A DNA stretch of 63,747 bases, the filler included, from Reticulomyxa filosa (Eukaryota; Protista; Foraminifera), in NCBI GenBank assembly GCA_000512085.1. It is 15 parts of 15 records of this genome, joined end to end, with 100 filler letters (N's around TTAATTAATTAA, not from the genome) between each part and the next. Parts side by side here need not be neighbours in the genome. Positions count along the whole stretch, not along the records: positions 9,806 to 19,568 come from ASPP01023995.1; positions 19,669 to 31,472 come from ASPP01001662.1; 13 more parts are not named here. One strand, written 5' to 3'. Each line of letters begins with the position of its first letter. Positions within the stretch are counted from its first letter, which is position 1. The position numbers were made by a program, and so were the translations under genes. The notes under the pieces are model-generated. The model was not told the origin of the DNA. It worked only from the letters and a program-made list of their open reading frames with translations, and did not search any database. Shown piece after piece: positions 11,917 through 25,300 of the stretch.

Positions 11917-14110
11917 TCATAACATTTTGTTTTTGTACATATTGGTAGCAAGACCATCTTCTCTTTTTCGTGCTCTCCCTTTCTTTTTTTCAGATTTACT
12001 AGCATATGCTGTATTATCATTAAATTCGTTGTGTTGTTCCGATTGCATAAGACCATCAAAGTTAACATTGCTTGCAACGTAAACCTGTGCTGATTGTATT
12101 TGATCTTCATTTACAGCGTTTCGATCCATCCATAAAGCATTGCTGTAGATGTTTGCTTGATAAACATGACAAACAACAGATCGATTTTTTAAAAAAACAA
12201 ACAACAACAAATAAATTGAATATCTGTTTCAACAAAAGAGTTCATACCTCGAGCAGCTTCGTAGTCCCCTGTTTAACAACAAAATCATAAATTCACTCAG
12301 GGAACAATTTCAACCTTTTTCCCTTTTCTCTCTCGAAATGAAATAGATAAAACTTACCTTCTTCACAAAGCCTTGCGGCCTTTCTGGACGCATTAGCTGT
12401 TTGTAATATTTTTGTAATGTGCGAAAAAACATAAAATCAACAACAACATTGATACACAAGAAAACAATTTCAACATACCAGCAATGACATCCATGTTCAA
12501 GTTTTTCAAAACTTCTTCCTTGCTTCGAGTCAATGGTTTTTTTTGTGTGATAATGCGCAACATCTTGGCTAGATTTGTCACATATATGCATACACACGTA
12601 TATAGATTTTCTATACCACTTTACGATAAGACAAAAAAAGCATTGACAAAGAATATCGCAAGTAACCTCCGTCAGTCCGAACATAGTGAATTTGGACTTG
12701 GAAGATGACGTCTTTCAAGTCCTTGTACTCTGATTTCTTCAAAAGCTCTTTGGAATGACATACTCAAAGTAGATTCTAGAATCCTGGAAGACGTTGCCAA
12801 CGTCTTGTATTTGCTTTGTAATTTCAATTTGCGACGACTTTTCTTCGTTCGGAGTCGATTTTTCCGATGTCGGCTTTTCGCTTTGTTCTTCGGAGATAGT
12901 TGTCAATGTTGATTTTTCTTTTTCTGCTTTTTGTTGTTCTCCAAGAACGAGGCGATTTTCTTCCTCATCGTCCTTTTTGAATCGTAACACCGGATGCAAC
13001 AGCATGGTTGCCTGCACTTTTGTAGCCAACACCTTCTTTTCCAAAATGCCTTTGAAGTTGCTTGCCAATTGTATTGGGTTAATTCGTTCCACTGCTCCTT
13101 GCGTGATGTCACACAGTTTGCCCAAGTTTTCTAACTTGCACTGACTGTCAGTGATAGAGATGACATTGACTACCACGCCCTTTTCCAAAGCCCAGTGAGC
13201 CACTTGCGCGTACCATTGCTCCGCTGTCTCCACGTCTTCTTCACGCGTCACATCCAAGTTTCCCAAGCCAATGTTGGCCAGGCCGTCAGTGCACAAGATC
13301 ACCTGCGAACCCGACTTTTGTGCGGCAAGTGCAATGGAAACAACCAACGCTGGGCCCAACGCGGTTTGTCCCTTTTCCACTAAACTCCACAACTTCTCCG
13401 TCAATGGTTTTAACGACTCCTTTATGGTTTTGTCGAGTTTATGCTTTGATCCAATCTCTTTCAATTGCTCCATGTTGTTCAGTTTATCGCCTGCAATAAA
13501 CTCTGGGTCGTTGACACCATCACCAACAACCGTCACCTCATTGGAAAATGTCACCAATCCCACTGTCATTTTTTTGGTTTGTTTTCGCATTTAGGTATTG
13601 TTATTTTCCAAAAAAAAAAAAAACTTCAAGGTTTGAACCTTTGCATTTAGGCTTGTCTTTGGCAAGCGATTCAAACTGATCGTCGACTGCGGCTTGCACA
13701 CTTTGCAATCGCGAAACCCTTTTTTTTTTTTTTAAAAAAAAAAAAGACATAGCATATGTAATAACGTATACTTGCTGCACAAGAAGAAAGTGCATTCAAA
13801 CACAATAATGAAAACAATGTGATTCCAATACGTGTCACAAAAGATATATACATACATATATGTATGTATATAGTCAAGTCATTACAAACAAATGTTACCA
13901 GGTGGTGTCTCGCTTTTGACCAGGGAAGAACTGGTCGCTGCGATCTTCGTTGAAGGCGTTAATTTCAGACAAATCATGCACGCCACGCAGTTTGATTTTC
14001 CCTTCCATTTCTTGCGTGACACACTTTCAATTGTTTTGTTATTTGTTTGTTATTGTTGTCAACTTTTGTTTGGTGCATCTTTATAATAGAATGTATATGT
14101 TGTATGGAAT

Positions 14111-14144
<34 letters not shown>

Positions 14145-15371
14145 AGTAATGAAAAAACACACCATTGATCCGGAAATGTCGACACAGAATCTTGAATGAT
14201 AGTTGTTATCATTTTCATAACATAACACAACAATACAATGAGTAACCTTATTTTGGTTTTAGTAAAACGAGTGTTTATACGTGTTTTTTCTAAAGCTAAA
14301 CAAAAAAAAAATTAAATAAATAAATACATGATGTTATAATCATCCGACGATTTTTCATCCGAAGGTGGTTCTAAAAATAATCAATCGATTCTCCTTGAGG
14401 TATTTCTTCTTTTTGAATTTCGACAATGTTGCGCTGACCGCACAATTGACAAGTCCAAATCTTCTCGTCGTCGTCCACTTTCATGTCTTTGTCTTTGGTC
14501 ACCAATTCATCAATCCCAGACAATATTACTTTGCATTTCGCATTGGCGCATGTGAACGGATCACCCGTTGCCACCGTGTTGGCTTTGTCGCCCAATGTCC
14601 CCAAATCCAAAGCCACTACATTGGTATTGATTTTTTGCTTTCGCACTACCTTACGTTCTTTTTCTTCCTTTTTCTTTTTTTTACAAAAAAAAAAAATTTT
14701 TTTTTTTTTTACGTACAAAAAAAAAATTTAATAAACTTTATGGAAGAACCCCAATTTTGACTTGGGCTTAGCCGAGTCTAAATCATCCGCGAAAACGCTG
14801 TCAATGCTGCTGCTGTTATTGTTATTATTGTTATTATTGTTATTGTTGTTATTGTTGTTATTGTTGTTATTATTATTGTTGTTGTTACTAGCCGCTGAGC
14901 GCCTGAATACGCTGAAGAACCCACTACGAGGAGGAGCAGAGCTAGCTGCACCTGGTTGTTGTTGCTGCTGCTGTTGTGGTAGTGACCTGTTCAAACGATT
15001 TGTAATCAAAAGGAATTGTATTTTATCAATTTTACTTTTGATAAGGACACACAGAAGGAGAGGTACGTACATACAGAGTTTTTTTTCCTCATACACCCCC
15101 CTTTCTTAATACAAATAAAAAAACATTAACTCTCTTAAAGCTGGCTTCGGCTGTGCCAAAACACTTCTATCAGCGCTCCCTGGTTGATTCAAATTACCTT
15201 TAACCTCTTGCAAACCAACATCAAGTTCCTCTTCGTCTAGCGACACATAGTCATCACTGAAATTTTTGAAGTATATTTGTTATTGTTAGGCTCACGTGTT
15301 TGTGTTTCAAGTAAATTTTTTTTTAACTCGTCAGAATCTGCATTCGACACAAATTTAGACGCGTGAAACAT
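11917..15371 (-). CDS. Sec23/24-like zinc finger + von Willebrand A domain protein (CPRAS1-like), multi-exon
   Basis: Likely start MFHASKFV at 15371, poly-Q/poly-N exon, CANAKC...WTCQLCG zinc finger, MIDAS motif CVDISGSM, TALGPAL and ILCTDGLANIGLG. Many short T/A-rich introns. Confidence 0.8.
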
Positions 15372-16388
15372 ATCAGGCAATCAATTAATTGCAACCTCTT
15401 TTATCAAAGCAAAAATGTGGGATCAAATAAAATTTGTTAGTTTTTTTCCAACAACGTTCTCCCCGTATACTTTTCCGTAACAAATTTTGTTTGTTGAGTT
15501 TTTAGTCATTGCAAGTGCACAGCAAGAAATTCTTCAATTTTAGTATGTACGGTCATTTGCTAGTTTTTTAATAAATAGATCAAAACAAACAGAAGAACGC
15601 GTTCAATTGGGATCGTTTTCATCTTTTTTTGGTATAGTATGCGTAGCAAGGATAAAAAATAATCGTAGGGGGAGGGGTGCTATTATTTTTAGCTGCTGAG
15701 ACCTGACATGTCCCTGATGTTGATTGTGTCAACTTTTAACTCGATGAATGAACGTACACATCGACTAGCTTCGCCGTTATAGAAAATATGGAAGAAAAAT
15801 GAATAAAAAGATGGCGAAAAAGACTGGGCAAGTGTTCTATTCGTTAGTAGTACCAGAAAACTTAAACAACAAACAAAAAAAATCAAACACTCACGGAAGC
15901 AGGAAAAAGTAAAAACAAACACAGCGAAAAGAAAAAAAAGGACACAACCAGGAACAGCATTGAAGTGAACAAGCATGTTCAGTTTCTTCAGTGTTGCAGT
16001 GGAGAAAAAAAAAAAAAGCGACACATCGATTCCAATTTGTTTTCTTTTGTCTTTTTATTTATTCGATTTTGTTTTTATTTCTTTAAAAAAACGAAAAAGA
16101 AATACAAATAAATAAAAATTAAACGAAAGCTGGATGGAAAGCAAACGATAGAATCTATTTGTAATGTCCGATGAGGGCACACAAACTTGAAAAATTTTTG
16201 ATTTTCTGTTAACCAAAAAGAGCATTTGAGAGAGAAAAAAAAGAAGAAAAAAAGAAAGAGGATGGAGGAGAGGGAAAACGAAAAAGGAGCCAAAACAAAA
16301 ATTCAAATAAATACATATATTGAATTTAATAAAAGATAATACGGGTGGAAAGAAAATACTCATTTCATTTCGCTTATTTATTTATTTT

Positions 16389-17870
16389 TTAAGACTTAGG
16401 GAGATACGTATACAAATCTTGTTGCCACGCAGATGAACTTTGATAGTAGTGGCGAGAAAGGAAGGGATGCTTTAAGGCGTGGCGGGCGGTGCAACGATGA
16501 TTCGGACGAAGGGTCAACAAAGACTGAATAAAGTGCTCGGCCAAGTGGTGCTGACAATGTTCTGGAAAAGTCCATGCTCCACTTGTAACTTGCTTTTTCA
16601 AAGCGCTTGGAGAATTGCTTAAAGCAAATAACCGCTTTCGAAATAGCATTTCATAGCAAATGACTCCAACTGACCACACATCCGAAGCGTACGCTTGCCA
16701 CAATACATAAGGTTTATATCGTTCTGGGGACATATAATTTAAAGTACCACTGCATTCTGTTAGAATTTTATTCCAATCTTTTTCATCTTGTAATGTAATC
16801 CCACTTCCAAAATCGATCAGCTTTACTCGCATCCTTTGTTTTTGCTTTTGCTTCTTTTGTTCATCGCAACTTTGCTGTGTGACTAATATGTCATGTCCTT
16901 TCATAATCACCACGTTCTCAGGTTTTACATCTCGATGTGCAATGTACATTTCATGTAAATCCGCCAATGCGCGCAACAACTGTTGGGTTATACTTTTAAT
17001 GTTTCCTATGTCTAAACCCTCCCGAATTGCCGCTGGAACCGTCCCGAAAAATACGCATAAAAAAAAAAAAATAAAAAAAAATGCAATTAGAGATTCTTTT
17101 CAGAGCCAACCCTCCCAAAAAAACAAAAGATGTACAAACAACAAAAAAAACTATACTAAACAGTGCAAATCTGTACTTGCATGTTCCATGACGATGTAGT
17201 AACATTGTGCATCTTCAAAATGGTCTTTTATTCTATTATTCAAAAACAAATTTTTTTAAATACGTACACACTGTGTTCATTTTTTTTGTTTTTCTGCGCT
17301 GAATAATATACATACGCAACAATAAAATAACAAAAAAAAACACACAACAAAACTGGATGATCCCATCCGTTCCGACACACATTTGAAGCAAAAGACATTC
17401 AGTGTTGAACAATTGCCTACTTTGTTCCAGGTGTTTCTGTACCAAACAAAAAAAAAGATTTCATACATAGCAAAAATAATAACTAGCCAAATAAAATTAA
17501 CTGGGATGACTTTCATTGCACAACAATTGTCAGGTCGGGATTCTTTATTACATTGGACTCTGTACACTTGACATGTTGTTCCGTCGTTTGTCTCGTCGAC
17601 GATTTGATACATTTCTTTATTGCTCAATCTTAATGTATTATCGTCTTTTTTATTATCAGTTATCTCACTTTCAAGCGGTTCTGACGATTCTCCGGTCACC
17701 AAATTTGGCAAAAATAATGTCACGTTATTGCGAATATCATTTTGCTCACTAATATATTCATTCAAAGTTATCGAAATCGAACCTGTTCGTTGTTCTGAAG
17801 GTACACACTCGTTTGTGTCTTCTGCAATATTTGCATTTTGGAAAAAATCACAGTCTAAGGACATCAACAT
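16389..17870 (-). CDS. Ser/Thr protein kinase (CAMK-like), multi-exon
   Basis: AMK lysine, HRDVKPEN, DFG, GTLNYMSPE, DVWSVG and subdomain XI Arg are all present. Start codon uncertain. Confidence 0.85.
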
Positions 17871-19018
17871 GTTTGATAATTTTCTCTTGCTTATTTCCGA
17901 ATGGCAACACCTTCAACGGCGGGTTTTGTTCCCAAGATTTTTTACAGAAAAAAAAAACTGTACTACGAGAGTTATCTCATAAAACTATTTTTTGTTCGAT
18001 CACATCACGCTTGACTTTCATACCTTAAGGCGATCAGAACAAACAAGTATTAACTTTTTTTTTTGGCAACAGCTGTGAAATTGATTTAAAGACGTGCCCA
18101 CAGTTTCTCTTGAACGTTTATGTAATTGCATTGACAAAGATTTTTTTGTGATGCATATGTCCCTGCACTGCAGTAGTAATAACAAAATTCGGTTGGACAA
18201 GGAGGGATTCTCTAATGTCTCATCGAATAAGAATTTTTATTCTACAATTTCATGTCATGTTTTGGTGTTTTTCCTCAAGAAAAATACTCCCAAACAATGA
18301 TTATGGGAGGAAAAACAAAAAAAAAAAACTCAAACTGACACAGAGAGAACAGCCCAGCAAAGAGAGGGAAAAGAATCCAGCCACGCAAAAAAAGTACTGT
18401 GTTGAAGAAAAACAGCTGAAAAAAGACCAAAGACAAACAAAACCGACACAGACGAGTACAGAGCAAGAAAGAAGAAACACAAAAAAACAAAAACAAAACA
18501 AAAAAAGAACAAAATAAAAAAACACGACAGCAATAAAATTTCACGCATAAAAATTCTTTTAGTGCTGTCTTATCATGTCTTCTCTTTTTTTTTTTTGCAA
18601 AAAAAAAAAAAACTTTTGTCACGCATCCTCCACTCAACAAGAAGGAATTGTCCCCCCTTTTTTTTAGACAAAAACTTTTAACCAAAAAAAAAAAAAAAAA
18701 AAAGAGGAGAAATTGTACCAAAAAAAAAAACACGAGCGGACAAAATCAAAATAAGGACATATGATCTCGCTCTTAAAGACAAAATGAACTCATTATTTTG
18801 AATACAATGACGACTCTTGAGAAGAAAGAAATCTTTGGAAAATAAAACAAGTCAAATCAAATCAAGTCAAGTCAAAAGAAAAAAAGGATGAAAAAAAAAA
18901 AATAAAGATTAGTGGAGGAGAAAAAAAGAAAAAGGAACTATTAAAAAAAAAAAATATTGTCTGCTTTGGTGCAATTTTTTTTTTTCCTTGTAAAATAATA
19001 ATAGTAATAATAAAAGTG

Positions 19019-19490
19019 CTACGACTTAGCAGGGACTTTGGATATTTGTTCTTCGGACTCAAGGATCATTTCGTCTTCGTCAATTGATCGATTGGAATGT
19101 ACGATTTGTAAATGAGGTTTGTTCGAATGGAGACCCCCAAGACTACCTGTCGAACCCCCAACACTCAATCGCCCATTACTACTCACAGTCGTCCCTGAAC
19201 GATTATTGTGTGGATTTTGTCGACTATCATTTGTTTTTGTCGAATTGTTGTTGTTGTTGTTGCTGTTGTTGCTGTTATTATTGTTATTGGAACTATTACT
19301 ATTGTCTTTTGTGTTATTGGAATTGCTTTGACTTTCTGTTTTTCCATTGGCTTTGCTATCGTTTTTGGTTTTCTCGGATACCACTGGCTTTTTCTCAAAG
19401 GTATGTAAATCCTCGTCTGTTGGAGAGCCTGGGATTTCGACAGGATCCTCACAGATGTAATTGCTCATTTCGAGCAACGATCGTCCCTTT
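19019..19490 (-). CDS. 3' exon of an unknown protein with N/S-rich low-complexity region
   Basis: 152-aa frame with poly-Asn next to the contig edge; no recognisable domain. Confidence 0.45.
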
Positions 19491-19887
19491 GATGTTGTGT
19501 TTTGTCAGAAGCAAATGAAATGTAACATTTGTTTTGAGCATGCAATGTGAACTAGTCTCTCTCTCTCTNNNNNNNNNNNNNNNNNNNNNNNNNNNNNNNN
19601 NNNNNNNNNNNNTTAATTAATTAANNNNNNNNNNNNNNNNNNNNNNNNNNNNNNNNNNNNNNNNNNNNAAAAAAAAAAAAATCTTTTTCAGTCCCCAGGG
19701 CCAATTGAACATTACACACGTAGCAAAAAAAATGTGTATATATATATTTTTTTTTTTTTTTTTTAATTGATATTAATTATTTTTTTTTATATTTATATAT
19801 TTAAAAATAAAAGGGGAGGCCAAGGGGGCAAAAAAAAAAAAAATTCTATGCACACATATATACATTATGAAATTGGGATAAAACAAG

Positions 19888-20793
19888 GTTCAAGATATTG
19901 AGGAGTTAGACCGATTTCAAGAAGTACCAAGAGAAGGTCCTTTTTGTGACTTGCTGTGGGCGGACCCCGTGGACGAAGACAAGGACCGCGACGAAACACA
20001 ATCGGGCGACGAGAACACGGATACAGAAATAACAACATGGTTTGCATACAATGAGACAAGACAATGCTCATATGTGTTTGGAATTGACGCAGTGGTGACA
20101 TTCCTGAAAAAAAACAATTTGACGGCAATTATTCGGGCTCATGAGGCACAATTTGATGGATACAAAATGCAATTTATCAATGAACAAACAAGTATTCCTC
20201 GTGTAATAACAATATTTTCAGCTCCAAATTATTGCGATGTTTATAAAAATAAAGGAGCTTGTTTAAAATTTGATGACGAATTGTTAAATATTCGACAATT
20301 TGTTAGTTCGCCGCATCCTTATTATTTGCCAAATTTTATGGATGTTTTTACATGGTCATTACCTTTTGTAGCTGAAAAAGTGACAGATATGTTGTACAGT
20401 ATTTTATCGTATGGAACTGATGATGAAATTGATACAGATGCTGCTGTAAAAGCTCAAGGACCTTCTGAAGTTTTACGAAAAAAAGGCGGGGTTTTGAAAG
20501 ATAAAGTTGTGGCGGTCACCAAACTTATGAGAATGTATCGAGTATTAAAAGAAAATCAAAATAATATCATTCAATTGAAACAATTGTCACCAAATCGTCA
20601 ATTACCTGCTGGTATATTACAAGGTGGACAAGCTGCTATTGAAAAAGCTTTATCAAGTTTTAATGAAGCCAAACGAGCAGATAAAGCAAATGATGCAATG
20701 CCTTTACAAGAAAAAGATACAAAATCCCCTAAAAAACAAGGACAAGTCTTTTATAGAGGTTCAAAAGATACCAAAGCACCAGAAAATAAATGA
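19888..20793 (+). CDS. CNA1: Calcineurin catalytic subunit A (PP2B), last exon; 5' partial
   Basis: CDLLWADP, IIRAHEAQ, TIFSAPNY, CnB-binding PHPYYLPNFMDVFTWSLPFVAEKV, CaM-binding KDKVVAVTKLMRMYRVLKE and autoinhibitory SFNEAKRADKANDAMP. Confidence 0.95.
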   Translation, partial: VQDIEELDRFQEVPREGPFCDLLWADPVDEDKDRDETQSGDENTDTEITTWFAYNETRQCSYVFGIDAVVTFLKKNNLTAIIRAHEAQFDGYKMQFINEQTSIPRVITIFSAPNYCDVYKNKGACLKFDDELLNIRQFVSSPHPYYLPNFMDVFTWSLPFVAEKVTDMLYSILSYGTDDEIDTDAAVKAQGPSEVLRKKGGVLKDKVVAVTKLMRMYRVLKENQNNIIQLKQLSPNRQLPAGILQGGQAAIEKALSSFNEAKRADKANDAMPLQEKDTKSPKKQGQVFYRGSKDTKAPENK

Positions 20794-21331
20794 TAGTTTA
20801 CAATTTTTTGTTTTGTTTTTTTTTTGTGCGAGTTTTGGCTTTGTTTGATTAAATTGCCTATTTTGTTGTTGTTTTTTTGTCTTGTCTTGTTCACTAAGCG
20901 TGCCAAATAAAAGCTACAAAGTCCTCAAAATATTTATTCTTTGTAAAAATGTAAAAAGATATCCGAAAAGGGCTTCTTCAGGGCAATTGTTTATTTTTTT
21001 TAACAAAAATTGACAAAGCTTTTTTGAAAATTTATATTTTACATACTATTGAAATTATTTATCTCAAAAAGAGGAATAAATAAATAATTTGTTGTAAAGA
21101 GAACTTATGTTGAACGATGTTGATCCTTTTTTGAACTAAGACAATACTGTTACACTTCTCTTTCGATAACCTTCTCGACTTTCCTTTGTTGCTTGCCGAT
21201 TATCTTTTCAGCATTTCATATACTTTTTGAAAATACTTAAAGATTTCAGTGGAAAAAAAAACATTTCGTATTACACTTAGTGCAACTTCTTAATATTTTT
21301 TTAAAAATGAATGAATAAATGAAAAAAAAAA

Positions 21332-21634
21332 AGATATCGACAGGGCTTGAATCCTGAAGATGATCACAATGTCGAAGTGATCACTGTAGGTTAGCTTGGG
21401 CCCCATAAGAGCGAAGACATTTGCTTTATGGAACTGGTCACCAACTTATGCGATAGCAGCCTACAGAGCACTTGCACATATGTGATTGTGATGGCAGTAT
21501 ACAGATTGGGCCCAATCTGGATAGTCTCAACACCTTTGTCTCAGCACTACAAAGGTTTTCAACTGCTCACATACAGCCCTAGGGCAATACGACCTGTAAA
21601 CTGTTGTTCCATCACATTATCTAGTTCGATATCT
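21332..21634. ncRNA. Candidate ~300-nt structured non-coding RNA, family unidentified
   Basis: About 45% GC island in much more AT-rich flanks, closed by a 9-bp terminal stem, with at least six internal helices. A T11 run follows its 3' end on the minus strand. Confidence 0.6.
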
Positions 21635-22305
21635 GATTTATATATATTTTCGTTTTTTATTATATATTAACATTTTTTTATCATAATAATCATTTTGTCA
21701 ATTTACATAATTTACACATATTTTTTTCATTCAATTGTCATTTTTGTCTGATTTATATCTGCAATAGATTAATATTATACAGAGTTTGTTAAAGAATTAT
21801 ATTAGTTACACAAAAGTTAAAGATTCAGTCAAATGATGAAATATATTCTAACAAAAGAATTTTAAATTATGTTTTTGTCAATGAAATAAATTTTTCAACA
21901 TGTAGGGAGATGAATCACCACGAAATGTTTCTAAATATTTTCTAAATATTTTCTAAATATTTTCTCAATATTTCCACTCTTCACCCGGAAAATCCTTTTG
22001 AAACAAGTTATCACGTAAATCAAAATATATTTTGAACAAACTTTGCTTCAACAAACAAACCATATCAAAAATGTGTTAAGCATAAAAAACAACGAACAAA
22101 CAAGGAAAAAATTAACCGCGTGCATCAAAACGAGAAAAAAACAAAAAAGAACGAAATTGTGAAACCAAACGAATATCATTAATTTATGATCCAAACCAAG
22201 AAATTAAAAAGAAAGGGAAAAAAAAACAACACGTTAAAAAATTAAAAGTATTCTGTGTTGAGGGACCAAACAATGCGCAATGTGACTGACTGGCAATATT
22301 CGAAA

Positions 22306-25300
22306 TCACACATGGCTCATCTTGTTTTGTCCCTTTTGAGAAAATCCTAAACTGTACTGTAAATTACTGTCCGTTGTGGTATGTTTGCTAATATCGCTTT
22401 TGGTATGACTGCTGTGCTTGTGACGATGTTTGGATTTGGATTTCAATCTTTGTCCATCAGTTAGCTCACTCAAAGCACGAACCCAATGGACGGACTCTTC
22501 CGGCATTTGAGTGACAACAAATACAGGGACGTCACTGGAAAAGGTGTAGCTTGATGACGAAGAAACAGAAGGAGATGTATCCGATGCTTGATCGGAGGGA
22601 GGGGGATTTGTATTAACAGATGATTGTGGCTTCAAGACAATTATGAATAGTCGATGAATAAGAGCTTCATTGTTTGCAATGGCATTGGAAAGAGACGGAG
22701 GATAGTCATGTAAAAAGTGATCCGTCTGTGATATATTAGCAGACGCATCATTCGAGTCATCAGCAGGTCGATACACATAACTTACGTCATTGATATCAAT
22801 TTTTCCAACGATCGGCAATTTGTCAGTATGTTTGGTTTTTTTTTTGGACGCTGCAGGACTTACTTCTGTTTCTTCCAAGACAATGTAACGGCAGTCCAAA
22901 CTCAAGCGCATGCGCTTTGTCTGCTTGTCCAATTCAATAATATCAGGTCTCGACAATACATTTTTTGTTTTTTTTGAAACGAGCATACGAGACCCATACA
23001 AGGTGATAAAGACACCGTTGACTAGTACTGCAATTCTTTCGTAATCTGTCAGTTTGTATTTGACAGCAAATTCCAGACAATTGTTGGCAATGTATCTTTG
23101 AAATTGATTCCATTCTTGGACAAGCTCGTCATTATTCGAGCTTTGTCTTTGCTTGTTTTGTATCAATGTCTGCATGTGTTCATATTCACTGGAAAAATGA
23201 CCCATTTCTTCAAAGCAATACCACAAATCCTGAAGCCAAGCATTTGCCAAAATGCGCAAAATCCACACAATATGGACTGTCTGATTGCCATCCAACGTTT
23301 GTATTTGGCCAGCATATGCCAATAGCACTCCAATTAATCCAATTCCAAGCAAAAAATCACAGGGCTGACTATAGATGGTCATTCGATACAAAAGAGTAAG
23401 CACCTTACCAACTTCGTTTGATTCGTGTTTCAGCAGAACATGCAGTAGTTCTTTTCCTTTTGATCGACTCAGTTGAAAAGCATAATACTCCCCGCCATGG
23501 TTGGATCGATCATGAAACATTTGCTGTTCCAAATACTCGTCAATGTTAATCTTGGCCCAAACTTCGTTCTCTCTGCCAATCATCGCGTTGTTGTGAATTG
23601 ACGCCGGGTTGATCACTCCGTCTTCGGACTTGGATTCCGACTCCATTTCCAACTTTGACTCATACTCGGACCACATATCCGAAGACTCTTTTTTTTGGGA
23701 TGTCTTGTTTGTATTGGCGCTTACTTTGTCCTTTGGCAAAGTCGCGGATAGCATGAGCGAATGCGACCCAATGCTGTTTTGCCTCTGTCCTTGTGATATC
23801 CTCCTCTGTTGATAAATGCTAAGTCTTTGATGAATTTTCAAACACGCAACGCACTCCTTTATTTGGCCATAGCTGCATAGCAGACCATAATCCTTTAACA
23901 GCGCATAGATATTGTCATTGTCCATGTGTGGAAATAAATCATTCAACAAGTACCAGATTTCGTCCAGCAGCATTTGTACTTCGCTGCCATTGGGATTGCG
24001 ATTGCTCTTTTTCATCGCGTCAACGACTCCGACGTATTTTTGTAGAGTCGCAATGATAACCGCCAAGACATGACTCTCCAATAGTTGTGTAATACAATAG
24101 TTATTGATACACAAGATGCGCAAGACGGCCGCGCATAACTTGATGATCTGCGGTGCTCTGTCTATGTTGTTTGCGTTGTTTGTGTTGTTTGTGTTGTTGG
24201 AATTGTTCGTGTTATATTCGTCTTGTTCGCAGTACGAGGTGATGAGTTTGTACAATGTCCGATGATGCTCTTTTTTCACAAACAAGCCAATTTCTGTCTT
24301 CTTTTCGTTTTCTTGGTCTTTTCCTTTCATTCGTTGCCACGTCTGTTGCAAACAAACGAGCAAAGAAACGTGTATGTCTTGCTTCATCGCAATGATGATG
24401 TGATGATGTTCCAGCTCTTGCTTTTTGTTTGCGACGGGCATGTGCTGGTTGCAAAGGGTAATGAGTGATGTGACGACGTCTCCGGAGGCGCGCCATAACT
24501 CCTGCAGCAAATCACTACGTGATAAATTGGATAACAGCACGCTAGTGCGATGGACAATGGTGATATGTCCGGTATGCGTCGTAATGATCTGCAGACACAC
24601 TTCCATGAGTCCCTTGATCACACCCTGCTGATGGGACTGCGCTTCGTCGGGCAATTGCATTTGTTTGTGTTTCTTGGCGTGGAACTTTACAGACCTCATG
24701 TGGAGATCCTCCAAATAAAGCAAATGCGTATCGTACGATGTCATTTGCACCAAACACAGAATTGCGTCGCAAATGATGTTGAGGTTCTTGTGACTGGTGC
24801 TTACGCTGCTGCCGCTTTTGCTGCTGTTTTCGTTACTACTGCTCACGCTCCTTTGTTTGGACCACAGCGGACTGACGTCGCGATTGGACTGATTGTCGGC
24901 CTCCTTCTTGTCCTCCGCCGCTTGTTCGCGAAGATAGAACTGCGCCATCAGTATGCACGCGTGCAGTCCCTTGCTCTTTAGCACCATGCCGTTCAGTTGT
25001 TCGTTGTACTTTAGCATGGAGAGAAGCAAGGGTAGCATCAACTCGCACAATATTTTGTCCTTGCGATAATTGTGTAGCAACAAATCAATGATGCATTGAA
25101 TGTAAGAAGGATCCGAATGCGACGCTTTTTTCTTTTGTCCATCCTTGGCCTTTGGATTTGCTGTGTCGTCGCTGCTTTCTTTACCCATCTGCTGAGAAAA
25201 CTCCAGAGACAACAACATCTCCATGTTGTCGTCGACACTCAGCAAATGCCACAGCATGTAGCAACACTTGTGTGTAATATCGTTGTCCTGCTCCTCGCTC

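Noticed and set aside
21353-21390. CTGAAGA followed by a hairpin, resembling a hammerhead ribozyme core
   Set aside because: The required GAAA after stem II is absent (CTGT instead).
21428-21670. 80-aa ORF overlapping the structured island
   Set aside because: No recognisable protein features, and the island boundaries follow the terminal stem rather than the ORF.
21925-21972. Three to four tandem copies of TTTCTAAATAT
   Set aside because: A short local slippage repeat with no other support.
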